A DNA stretch of 64,000 bases from the human T2T-CHM13v2.0 reference genome, Homo sapiens: NCBI RefSeq assembly GCF_009914755.1, contig NC_060935.1; one strand, written 5' to 3'. Every line of letters starts with the position of its first letter. Within the stretch, counting starts at the first letter, position 1. Under the pieces are notes generated by a model. That model was given only the letters and a program-made list of their open reading frames with translations. It was not told where the DNA came from and searched no databases. The position numbers were made by a program, and so were the translations under genes. Below are positions 53,211-64,000 of the stretch, in pieces.

Positions 53211-55084
53211 CATCTCCCTGACTACTAATGAGGCCAAAAATACATCAGCAGGTCAGGGGGAAGGCCAGACACTGCATTATACAAATACAAAAAATTTCTC
53301 AGCCCGCAAGACCTAGAGATCAGGTATCACATTTTCGAAAAGGAAAAACAGGGAGGGAAAGAAGTGAGGAAGGGAGACCACAGTGCAGTTCTCTGCCTAA
53401 CTGTTTCACATCCTAGGGGAATTTCAAGCACACATGCATGTATGAGTGCAGGTGATGGATTTTGTGAATCTTGGTGGCCTTTCTTTATGGACGGAAAGTC
53501 AACAATGCCCAAATATTTCTTTGCAATCAGCATTTAGCGGGATAAAAGAGCAATGATTCGGATCTACATTTAAGATATGTAGACTCTCTGTTCAGGCATG
53601 TGATGACTACAGAGCTAAAATTCCCTTTCCTTCCAGTGGCTGGGGTTTGCTCGTTGACTGTATTTGCCATATGTATTAATTTACCATCTATGTGCCCTTG
53701 GATTTTGAAATGAACTCATCAGTCACTGAAGCTCATCCTGACCCTTTGCTTTCACTGCAGGCATTTTCCTTATTCCTGAAGCATGTTTTTCCTCTTCAAA
53801 TGTCTGACAGACACATATACACTTCATCGATCAGCCTCAAATTCCCCAATAATGACAAGTAATATTTCAGATGACAAAAAAAAAAGAGGCACAAGAAAAA
53901 AGGAAGACATCCTAAGTTGATTGGGGGAGCATCTCCTCTCATTTCTGTTGGCACTCATTTTTAAAGCTCTGCTCTGCTGTGATCCTTTAAGGCATGGATC
54001 TGCCGAAAATTAGGGTCTCTACCTATCTATGTACACAGTGGGTATGTTACCGTTCTAACCCAATTTTCCTGCCTAGAATCATGCAGACAACCGGCAGCGT
54101 GGTATTAAATATAATGTCAGATTCTGTAAATAGCAAGGAAAGGGAGAAAGGTATCTGAGGATGCAGGTTTCCTCCAAGTCAATATTTTTAAAAGATAGTT
54201 TCTTTGTGCTCAACTCAGACATAATTGTGCTTTGTCTCTGACTGTGAGACCTGCAGAAGCATACCTAGATGCCAAGGAAAAGGAGAAAATGCACAAATAA
54301 GAAGAAGATACAGACAGAGGAAGAAGGGAGAGGAGAGAAGTAGAGAGGAAAGGCGAGGAGCGCATAACAGCTAAAGGCAAAATGAGAGTGTTGGATTTTT
54401 GTAATACTTTTTTTTTCTTTTTGTCGTTATTGGGAAGGAGAAAGAGGTGGTTGCCAGGAGTTGGTGACTAGGTTAGAATCTTTTTCAGATTTGGCTAACG
54501 GGGTGTTTTCACTAGACTGATGGAGAAAAAAGAAACACGCTAGAATAATCATGAAGGGTGGAGCTGTTAAAAAAAAAAGTCTTTGACTCACTGGGTGCCT
54601 CCCTGTACACCAAAATGAATCATTCCTAACCAGAATCATCAATTGTCTTAGTGTACTTCTATATGAAGGCCAGATTATGGGAATCATGTCATTGCACCCA
54701 TCTTCAAAACGAAGGGTAAATAGAGGACGAGATTTCCCGAGACTCTTTTAAACCTCTCTATATTTGCAACAATAGTTCAGCATGATTTTCACATAATAAG
54801 CTAATTTGCTCTTGCTTGTATTCACTCTGCTTACAAAGATATACAAATATATAGCTTATGAAAGTTTTGCTATGAACACATCATTTTCTCTATACAACTC
54901 AGCGATGTCTTTGGAGGATACTTATTTCAAGCAGTTAACACCTGACCCCAATTTCTGTGGGTAATTAGTGAGCTAGATAACCACACAAAGTGGGTAATTA
55001 TTTAGTACCCAAGGGTACGCTAGAAGTGGGTAGTGGCTTTGTTAACAAAAGCACATCTCTAATTGTTGTATCTATGATGGGTGT

Positions 55085-55285
55085 TTTAAAAATACCAGTT
55101 ACTATATCAAGTGAACCATGATAAATAAGTGAACTAGTTTGCTGTCCTTAGCATATACATATGTATCTTCTATCGTGGGTAATAATATTTACCTCTCTTG
55201 TATGGAGTGTTGTGAAGATTAATTAGTTAACATCTGTAAGACTCTCAGAAGATGAAATATTGCTAGAGGCCTTCTAAATACTGTA
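55085..55285 (+). mobile_element. MIR
   Basis: gggtaataatatttacctctc...gtgttgtgaagattaattagttaacatctgtaag. Confidence 0.65.
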
Positions 55286-57254
55286 TTATTATTGTTATTA
55301 TTACCTTGGCTAAAAATCCCAGAACGGGAGAAATGGAGAAGGTAAATGTTATTGTCTGGTCTATGTCTAAGTTTGCAAATATGCTGAGATCACAAACATA
55401 ATGAGTTTGATTATGGGGAGTAGTTTCCTACCTGACAGAGTCTAACCCACACTGTAATAGAAAAGAAAGGCAGAAGGTATTTCATTGACAGCTGGCTCTG
55501 GTTGGATCTGAGGAACTGAACTGGGATAGAAGTGGAGAGGAAAGGGAGGAGCAGGAAGAAGGAGTCACTGATGGGCTGGGAGGAAGCCGAAATCTGCTGG
55601 ACCACACCCTCCTTCCAAAGTCTTTCTATCCTTCTCTCTCACAAGCAGCAAATAAGCACAAAAACCCCCAAAGAAGATATCTATGCAAGTCCTGGGACAA
55701 ATTCAGCATAATGACAATCTACCTGCCAGTTACATAGCATTGATTCTGGAGGAGAACCATCAGCACAAATTATTATAACAAATGCACGTACATTTGAAAA
55801 TATTACAATGTTGAGAATAGGCACACACAGATCAACCTCAGATAACTTTAACCCAGGTTATGAGCAGCGATGAAGAAGCAACTTTTTAATTGCTTTTATG
55901 ACTCACTCTCGGGGGAGAACGGGGTATTATTAATTTTTGCCAAGAAAGAAAGAAAATAAAAAAGAAAGGAAAGAAGAAAAAAAAGGAAAAGAAAATCCCA
56001 TGCTTTCAGGGACCTAATTCTGGAGAACAACCAAGCCTTGAAAACAAACAACAACAACAACAAAAACTTACTGCTGCTTTCTCTGTAAATTGCCCATCTC
56101 CTTGAGCTGGCTGTCTGGCTCTGGCTGAGGCAGGACAGACAGAGGCCTCTTGGAATCCAAATCTTCAAGTAGGCTCACCACATTTTTTCTTTCAAAGCAA
56201 GGTTGTCCTGGGGATTAACCCTAGGAGTCTGGGAGATGCAAGCATGTGGGGAGGGTGAAGAAAAAGACGCAAAGATGTTGTATTCAGTCCAGTTGACGGC
56301 TTCCAGGGAATGGAAAAAGGAAAGGACCCCATGAGCCAGCCAACAGGTACCACTGCCGAAATCTCTGCTGGAGGATGGCCTTTGGAACACGTGCTTATGC
56401 TGTGATTGGAGGCCAGTGGTGTGATGAGCACCTTTTAAGAGTTTGGGAGCAGAGGGAAAATTTCTCCAAAAGCCACCCAAGCCAGGCTTCTGACCTGAAG
56501 CCCAGTATGTGTCACCCCCTCTCTGAGCTCAGAACTACAAAGGCTGACTGGCATTCTCCAACCCGCCCAGCTCCTTTCAAACCCACAGACTGTGCCAGAC
56601 TGGCCCCACCTCCCACTGCAGCAAATGCTGTAGCCCCGCTCCATGCTGTGTTGTAAGGAGCCAGACTTCCGTTTTAATTGTCCTACCTGGCCGTCCCCTC
56701 TGCCACTACCCCTGGCTCTTGGTTCCTGGCATGGTTTCAAAGGCCCAATCAATGGCTTTCCCTCCCCCATCGGAATCTTAAACACTGCTAGTTCTCCCTT
56801 TTCCAAATTTTATCTCTTTCAAACTTAAATGTTTTTATGTCTTGTACTTTGTTTCATGTCTAGCCACCACCACCTCGTTTCTTTGGCCACTCTCATTCTC
56901 TTGTTTGACACTTTTTTTTGCCATGTCTTGTCTCATATTAGGACTGAAAACCCAAACCAAAAGTCAGCTGCTAGCATCTTTCCCTTATCCTCCCCTGCAT
57001 TATATTTAATGTATCTGACAATCCAATGGATCTCAAGGCATGTCCTAAAATCTCACCTAAAAAGAGTTGAAGCCAGCAGAGAGCAGGTGTGTATGTGTGT
57101 GTTAAATAACCTAACTATGTGAATGTAGCAGGAAAGGGCCTGATGCATGTGGGTGGAAGGAAGAACAGAAGAAAGGAATCTGGTATACTTAAAAACATTT
57201 AGGATAAAAGCAATGAAAGCTAATTGTGGCAAGAACTTACGGAGAAAATACCAT

Positions 57255-57296
57255 ACACAAACACACATACACACACACGCATGCACACACACACAT
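57255..57296. repeat. Imperfect (CA)n
   Basis: Direct reading. Confidence 0.9.
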
Positions 57297-57664
57297 ATCT
57301 GTATCAAGCATCCATGCTGAGCAGTTAAGTCACAATACCCTAAGATTATCTGATTATCTGAAAAAGTATTTACCATACTGTGAATGGGACAGGCAGGGCC
57401 ACATGGTTCTGCAGCTGAAAGCTAAATACAAAAGCCTTCTGGAATGGATTGGAAGAGGATGGCAAACTCCTTTAAATCATCTGCCTCCCTCCACCCTTGT
57501 CTGGGCTTAGGGGTTAAGAACTGCTATAGCACCTCTCTTTTATTTCCATCATGATTTTAAGCTTATTATTGCTATTCATTCTTTAAAATATTTGTGCCCT
57601 TAACCTTACTACTTAGATATGCATGGCTTTCATGTTGCAAGTCCGCTGTCTGTGACACTTCTAA

Positions 57665-57860
57665 TACATATCATTGAAGGTCTTCTCTGTGTCAGACACA
57701 GGTAACTAATATCTCATTTGGTCCCCAAAACAGCCTTTAAAAGGTATCATCAGTATTTTACAGATGCAGAAAATAAGGTTTGAAATAGTTAGAATTGCCC
57801 AGCTCACGGGTGGCACGGCTAGGATTTGAACTCAGGTCTAATTCATGGTCTTTCCTTTGC
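57665..57860 (-). mobile_element. MIR
   Basis: tattttacagatgcagaaaataaggtttga...ggctaggatttgaactcaggtct. Confidence 0.8.
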
Positions 57861-57884
57861 ATCAATATACTCTTTGACTCCTGT

Positions 57885-58355
57885 CCCAGTGTAAATGTCA
57901 CTTTCTGCAGCTAGTCTCCTCAAACTAGTTTAGTTTCTTCTCCTATGTATTTTCCATAGCACCCTATACTTACACTATCTTAGCGTTCATTCATTCTTTT
58001 CATTTTGCTGATTTTATCTAGTCTGTCTAACAGTGGGAAAACAGAGAGAGAAAGAGAGACAGAGGGAAAGAGAGACCATTCCCCTCCCTAAGGTAAGATG
58101 CCTATTACCTGTGTACTAAGCGGATCTAGTACATAATTACTGACTACTTAACTCTATGTCAGACACTGTGCTGGACAGTGAAATTTCTTTAGCCGGAGGG
58201 CAGGAAGTGATGCTGTAGTACTGGCATCGTCTGTGTACTTTGCTACTCCATCTCCCAACTCTAAGGTCACAAAGACAGAGGCTGTGACAAGGTCTCTCTG
58301 TATCCACAGTACATGGCATAGCACCTGTTACACAGCAGGAGCTCAACAAATCATT
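57885..58355 (+). mobile_element. L2 3' region interrupted by a ~200-bp insertion (58022-58228)
   Basis: aaatgtcactttctgc...ccatagcaccct on the left; gtatccacagtacatggcatagcacctgttacacagcaggagctcaacaaat on the right. Confidence 0.55.
58022..58125 (+). repeat. 104-bp dispersed direct repeat, copy 1
   Basis: Aligns without gaps to 59872-59975 with 4 mismatches. Confidence 0.97.
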
Positions 58356-59387
58356 TCAGAATACATTTTTATGCTAAGATGGCTTTGATTGTAACATTTT
58401 GAGAAAGCAATATTCATGCCTAAATAACCCTTAAAAAGGCTTAATAAAATGCCACATAAACGTGGCATTTAATAAATGGTGGACTGCAACCTTATTTTCT
58501 AAGACTGTACTCTGGCTGAGGTCCCACTTATAGTCATGTTTGTGTTTCTGAAAACTAGAAAATTGGTCTGTTTAATTCATCCTATACGTTCTGAAGTCAT
58601 GCTGTTTCTGTTTCAAGCCAGTTAAGCTCTGTCTGAAATCTCTCCAATCGGTAGAGCAGGAGGTCATGTCAAGTGATAAACTGTCCAGGGTGGCGTGGCT
58701 GTGAAGGACTATTTTGGGCTACATGTGAGGAGGGAGAGCTCTTACACTTTAGAGTGTGTGGCTAAATCCAGATCTGAGATAAGCAACACAGCTCAGGGTG
58801 CCCTCATTTCAGAAAAAGAGGTTGAGAAGATAGAAATGGTTCATGATCATATGACCTAAATGACTCTAGGGTTTCATAATGTATATTCTGAGGAAAGATT
58901 AGGCAATTCTTTATTTTGCCTAAGGAAAGAATATTTAAGTATGTATAATGGCTACCCTTGGCAGGCCAGCTTCTATCCTATTCTTTATCTGAGCAGTTCT
59001 TGTCTCCGAATAGAGTTAAGCCAGGGAATATCATGGACTCCATTCTGTTTTCCATTAGCATTGACTGACTTTTGTTACAAATATGTTACTGTCTGTACTA
59101 GGCTGGGATAATATTCATTATGTTAACCTAGAACACAGTTTCTAAAACTGTATCCTTTGGGGCATTGCTGGCATTTCTCAAGGCAAAGCTGGATGGGTAC
59201 ACATCATTCTACTCTAAATGTACTTAAGATAAAGACGATCTAAATTCCCTCAGCAAGAGTCTTTCACTAACTGGCAAAAATATTTCTTACTACTCATCAT
59301 AGGAAGAGGAAGAGGAAGAGGAAGAGGAAGTGGAAGTTAGTCCTGTTGGTCAGTAAAGCCCTTTTCCTAAAGCAATGAGGCTCTAGA

Positions 59388-59401
59388 CCAGTAGGGGGCA
59401 G
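59388..59401 (+). promoter_or_regulatory. CTCF core motif, forward orientation
   Basis: CCAGTAGGGGGCAG fits CCASYAGRKGGCRS at every position. Confidence 0.7.
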
Positions 59402-59871
59402 TGTTTGGTACAGGCACTCTATAGCTCAAGTGGTCTCAAAGGGAATCATCTGGCAGATTTTATACCCGAAATCCACATCGTCTCCAAGTGTCAGGCTAAG
59501 TAGTGTCAGGCAAAATACTTGGATTTTTGCCTAGTTAAAAAAATGCTTTCATTAGTATCTTAGGATATTAGGGGAAAAATCAATGCTGAGCTAATCCTTC
59601 AGTATATATTTAGTGATATTTATTGATATGAATATATAAAATAATTCTGTTGCCTCCTTGTACCTCATTGGTTGAGTTTCAGAGGACTTTTCCTGGCTTC
59701 CATCCTAACTCCATAGAAGAGCTGGTGCTTATCTGATGGGCCCAGGTGGTTTGTGAAGCTCTCTGGAAGGTAATCTATGGCCAATTGATTGCATTGGGGC
59801 CCAACTCTACCAATTTGTAGGAAGTACATTTTAGCAGCCTTTGGGTTTTAGGAAGGTGAAGGAGAAAAGCT

Positions 59872-59975
59872 TCTGTCTAACAATGGGAAAACAGAGAGAG
59901 AAAGAGAGACAGAGGGAAAGAGAGACCATTCCCCTCCCTAAGGTGAGATGCCTATTACCTGTGCCCTAAGCGGAT
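59872..59975 (+). repeat. 104-bp dispersed direct repeat, copy 2 (likely source)
   Basis: 1850 bp downstream of copy 1; 100/104 identical. Confidence 0.97.
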
Positions 59976-60291
59976 TGAGTCTGACATTATAAAAGTCATT
60001 ATTCTTGGCTAGAGGATGTCATCTAAGAGCCAAATGCTATTTCAGTCTAGGTTCCCTGCCATTCAGTCATTAGGTTTAGGCTGGCAAGCAAAGAGGGATA
60101 TTTTTCGCCCCTGGAACTTTTGAAGATTGCGATTGTAAGGCCAAGAACCTAGAGATGATATTCAAGCAAGGATACAGACCAGGGATTTGTTCTGGAGTTG
60201 TTTGTATTGTTTTGAAACTGCTACAGATAGCCTAGTGGTTGGGAGGGAAAGAAAAGAGGTGGAGGAAGAGTAAAGAGACATCTTACTGATG

Positions 60292-60373
60292 CCTAGGAAC
60301 CATGGCATTAATAGGACTGGATTTGAGACTGTTCTCATCTCAAATCAGTCTTACTGATGCCATGGTTCCTAGG
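60292..60373. repeat. Long inverted repeat / hairpin (36-37 bp arms, 9-nt loop)
   Basis: Left arm cctaggaaccatggcattaataggactggatttgaga versus reverse complement of the right arm cctaggaaccatggcatcagtaagactgatttgaga. Confidence 0.95.
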
Positions 60374-60519
60374 GATATCTTTGCTGACCAAATTAATGCT
60401 CTTTTGAAGACAGGGCTCCTTTTGTAGTACTCCCCACCTCTGGATCTCTAAGTATTTTCCAATACATAGGCAAGAAGTAGATAGGGCAATGACTCACCAC
60501 TAAGTAGAATTAGATTGTC

Positions 60520-60625
60520 TTAGGTTGGTGCAAAATTAATTGTGGTTTTTACCATAAAAATTTGTGGTAAATTTTTATAACTTTTGCACCAAATTTTATA
60601 ACTTTATAACTTTGCACCAAACCTA
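60520..60625. mobile_element. MADE1 (Hsmar1-derived MITE) with duplicated right end
   Basis: ttaggttggtgcaaaattaattgtggtttttaccat ... aacttttgcaccaaa ... aactttgcaccaaaccta. Confidence 0.85.
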
Positions 60626-61547
60626 GTAATTCAGATTTCAGGGTTTCCAGTCATACTCCCAATATTGCTGTTCAACTTTTTATTAATGTTCAAAAAGTCA
60701 CACTTCTTTACTTTCAGACTTCAGATTTTTACATTTTTTAAGCTACTAAGATTCTAAAGGTTTAGGATAAGGAGAGGGAGAAGCAAATATTTTTATATCA
60801 TGATTCCTGTTTCATAGTTGGGAACTGAGGCAATTAATGACTAAATACTTTTCCTAAGAAGGTTGTTATAGCACCAAGAATATAATCTAGGTCTTTCATT
60901 CAATCTAGCCGTTGTGAGGAAAAATGAGCTAATATGTATGAACTGCCTCAACATCATTCAAAGAGTGGGTTTGTGTAAATCTGAGGTGTTGTTAATAATA
61001 ATCATACCCTGTGCATCTTGCTTACCCCATAATTAACTGATGACAGCGCAGAAAGGAAGAGCTTCAACAAGATGCGATTAGTTTACCTGAGCATTTGTAA
61101 AATAGATAAGTGTGTCAAAAGTGCTGAGTGTGCAGAAGTAAAATTAAAGGAATACAGAAACATATTTTGAGACATATTTTTGGGTCCAAGGTGCAACAGT
61201 AGTATCAGAATTCCCACTGAGATTTAAACAGAGAGCAATGAGTAGGGGGCACTCTGGAGAAGCCAAGAAATATTTTAAAGGTGGAAACTGCTACCTCAGA
61301 GACTTTAAATTCGGCGCATTCTGCACTTCTCAAGGAGTCTCCCTGCCACAAATAGCAGTGACATGAATACCACAGGAACTATGTCGAAGGGAGCCAGGCT
61401 CACCTTCTGGGGTCTGCTGCTTTCCCCTTCGTGAAAATCCATCGCATGTTCCAATCCAGGTCAGCACTGAGCAAACCAACTACAGTTTGCAACCAACCTG
61501 CACTCCAAAGTCTGGGGGAGGTAGGTAAATATTTTTCACATTCTTAA

Positions 61548-61860
<313 letters not shown>

Positions 61861-62371
61861 AGCCTTTAAACATTCACTGTGATATTATGACTACCTAGCC
61901 CAGTTCTGGACTGTTTGATTTACGGGCTTATGGGTCTATATGCTTAACTGTGCATGATACTTACACGTACTGAATGAGGACATGTGTTCATTTTGATGCT
62001 ACTAATGCTTACCACTATGTCTGCTGCATAATAGGTGATTTACAAATGATTGTTTATTCTGCACTCTTCTGGAAATTTAATATAATCTAGGTTGTAGCAT
62101 TATGGAGCACAGACCAATCAACAGATTGAACTCACAAAAGGAATCTTTAATTGATGATTTGCCTTTCCTGTCATGAATTGAATTACTCAAAATACACATC
62201 TTATAATTTATGGAAAAGTAAGAAAAGTTCCAAGGTAAGAAAGGAAAAAACATACTTTGAAAATAAAAAGAACATCTGGTTGTTGTTTAGATTCTGTTTA
62301 GAATGTGAACAGTGATTTGGGTGCTTCTAATAAATAGTTAGGAGTCTACCTGTCAATGTCTTTTAACGTTA

Positions 62372-62523
62372 TTTTTATTCCTTTTAGAGATGAGGTCTCA
62401 CTGCCCAGGTCTGAGTGCAGTGGCATGATCCCAGCTCACTGCAGCCTCGAACTCCTGGGCTCAAGTGATCCTCCTGCCTCAGTCTCCTAAGTAGCTGGGA
62501 CTACAGGTGAGCACCATCATGTC
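62372..62523 (-). mobile_element. FRAM / AluJ right monomer
   Basis: gagatgaggtctcactgcccagg...gctcactgcagcctcgaactcctgggctcaagtgatcctcctgcctcag...gggactacagg. Confidence 0.9.
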
Positions 62524-62820
62524 TGTCTCTTAATGCGTTTTTAAAAACAAAGGAAACAGATAAAACAGATTGGAGAACCAAACTACAGGAGGAAATAACT
62601 GATGACCAGCATGTTCACTTCAATTACTCGACATATGCATATATCTCTGAGCCCCAGTGCCTTGCTTTCCACAGAGCAGTAAGAATTATTTGAAGTACCG
62701 GTAAATTAGCCTTGTTAAGGAAATTCATGAAGAACTGGTGAAGTAGCTAGTCTGGCGGTGGGCATGGAAGGGAGGGAAGAATTCGACATGTTATTTCTCT
62801 TCTGCTAAAAACAGGGAGTG

Positions 62821-63143
<323 letters not shown>

Positions 63144-63779
63144 CTAGAAAATACCAATGCATAAAATGAACTTCTCTGCCCTGATAATAAAGGGGGCAGG
63201 GGAATAAAAGCAGAAGAATTATCACATGATCTACTCAGTATTTTTTGACTGCTTTCAGTGATCTCAGTCTCCCCTTCCTCAGCACCCCGTCAGCACTGTA
63301 AGCACACCATGCACAGGACATGTTGCACTATGATTGTAATTAAGACACGGAGAGATATATCTCCCTATATCTCTAGCCCATTATAGAATGACTGGCACAC
63401 AGTAAGCTCTCAGTAAATATGGAATATAAAATGAGTGGGTCAATGTGAAGATAAAATTTAAGAGCTATAAGATGAAGTGCAAGCACAACCATGTCCAAAA
63501 TAAGGAAAAGTGAGAGCTCAATTAGATCTAGATTCTGGGCTGGGTCTAATGGGACAGGAAGGGGTAAAAAAGAGTGTTCAGTATGAATCTTCCATCCTTC
63601 ATGAAGATGCTAAAGTCCTGACACTGAGTTATGCACACAGAGTTGGAATCTGGCCCTGGGGAAAACCCAAGGCTGACATATCCTTGTCTGGTCTGCTTAC
63701 TTCGACTTCATTTTCTATTTCTGGTTATAGTGGTCCCAAGACACACGACCCAATGGAAGGAATATAGAACTGCAAGTTA

Positions 63780-63915
63780 AGAGACATAGGTTCTCCACTT
63801 AGCTTTGTCACAGTGACCTTGGACAAGACATTTCACCTCTCAGATCCTTAGCTGCCTCAACTATAAAATGAGAGGATTACACTAGATGAACTTTCAAGTT
63901 CCCTCCAGGGAAATT
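63780..63915 (+). mobile_element. MIR (preceded by an L2 3' fragment at ~63330-63440)
   Basis: gtgaccttggacaagacatttcacctctcagatccttagctgcctcaactataaaatgag. Confidence 0.75.
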
Positions 63916-64000
63916 CTAGAATTGCATAGTTCCTCTCTCTGTCTAGATTCCATTCTCTTACAAGAATATTTTCTTAACAGCTACGATTTAGATGGAATTT

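Overview
This is primate, most likely human, euchromatic DNA. It is largely intronic/regulatory and has no intact host protein-coding exon that I can recognise. A large share is interspersed repeat: about ten Alu/FLAM copies; four L1 segments (two old minus-strand L1M 3' ends, a 5'-truncated L1PA3/4 whose ORF2 C-terminus is the only long ORF, and a ~4.8 kb decayed L1M); THE1 and MLT1 LTRs; MER81, MER5, MER3, Tigger and MADE1 DNA-transposon relics; many MIR/L2/L3 fragments; and microsatellites. A repeat-poor block of ~11 kb (about 44.2-55.0 kb) contains a GC/CpG-richer promoter-like region (51.3-53.2 kb) with a minus-strand first-exon candidate ending at a CAG|GTACAG donor (51985). From memory this resembles a 5' non-coding exon of SOX6 (11p15, minus strand); the assignment is unverified. 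Further minus-strand exon candidates lie at ~56.1, 21.1-21.3, 18.4 and 6.6 kb. I found no CRISPR-like, prokaryote-type or new coding system. The most unusual directly visible signals cluster at 58.0-60.6 kb: a 104-bp local templated duplication, an 82-nt hairpin that matches no transposon I know, a rearranged MADE1 and a strong CTCF motif. Also notable are a near-perfect RFX X-box inside a candidate cassette exon and a head-to-head inverted Alu pair only ~27 bp apart. Repeat boundaries and subfamily names are by eye and approximate.
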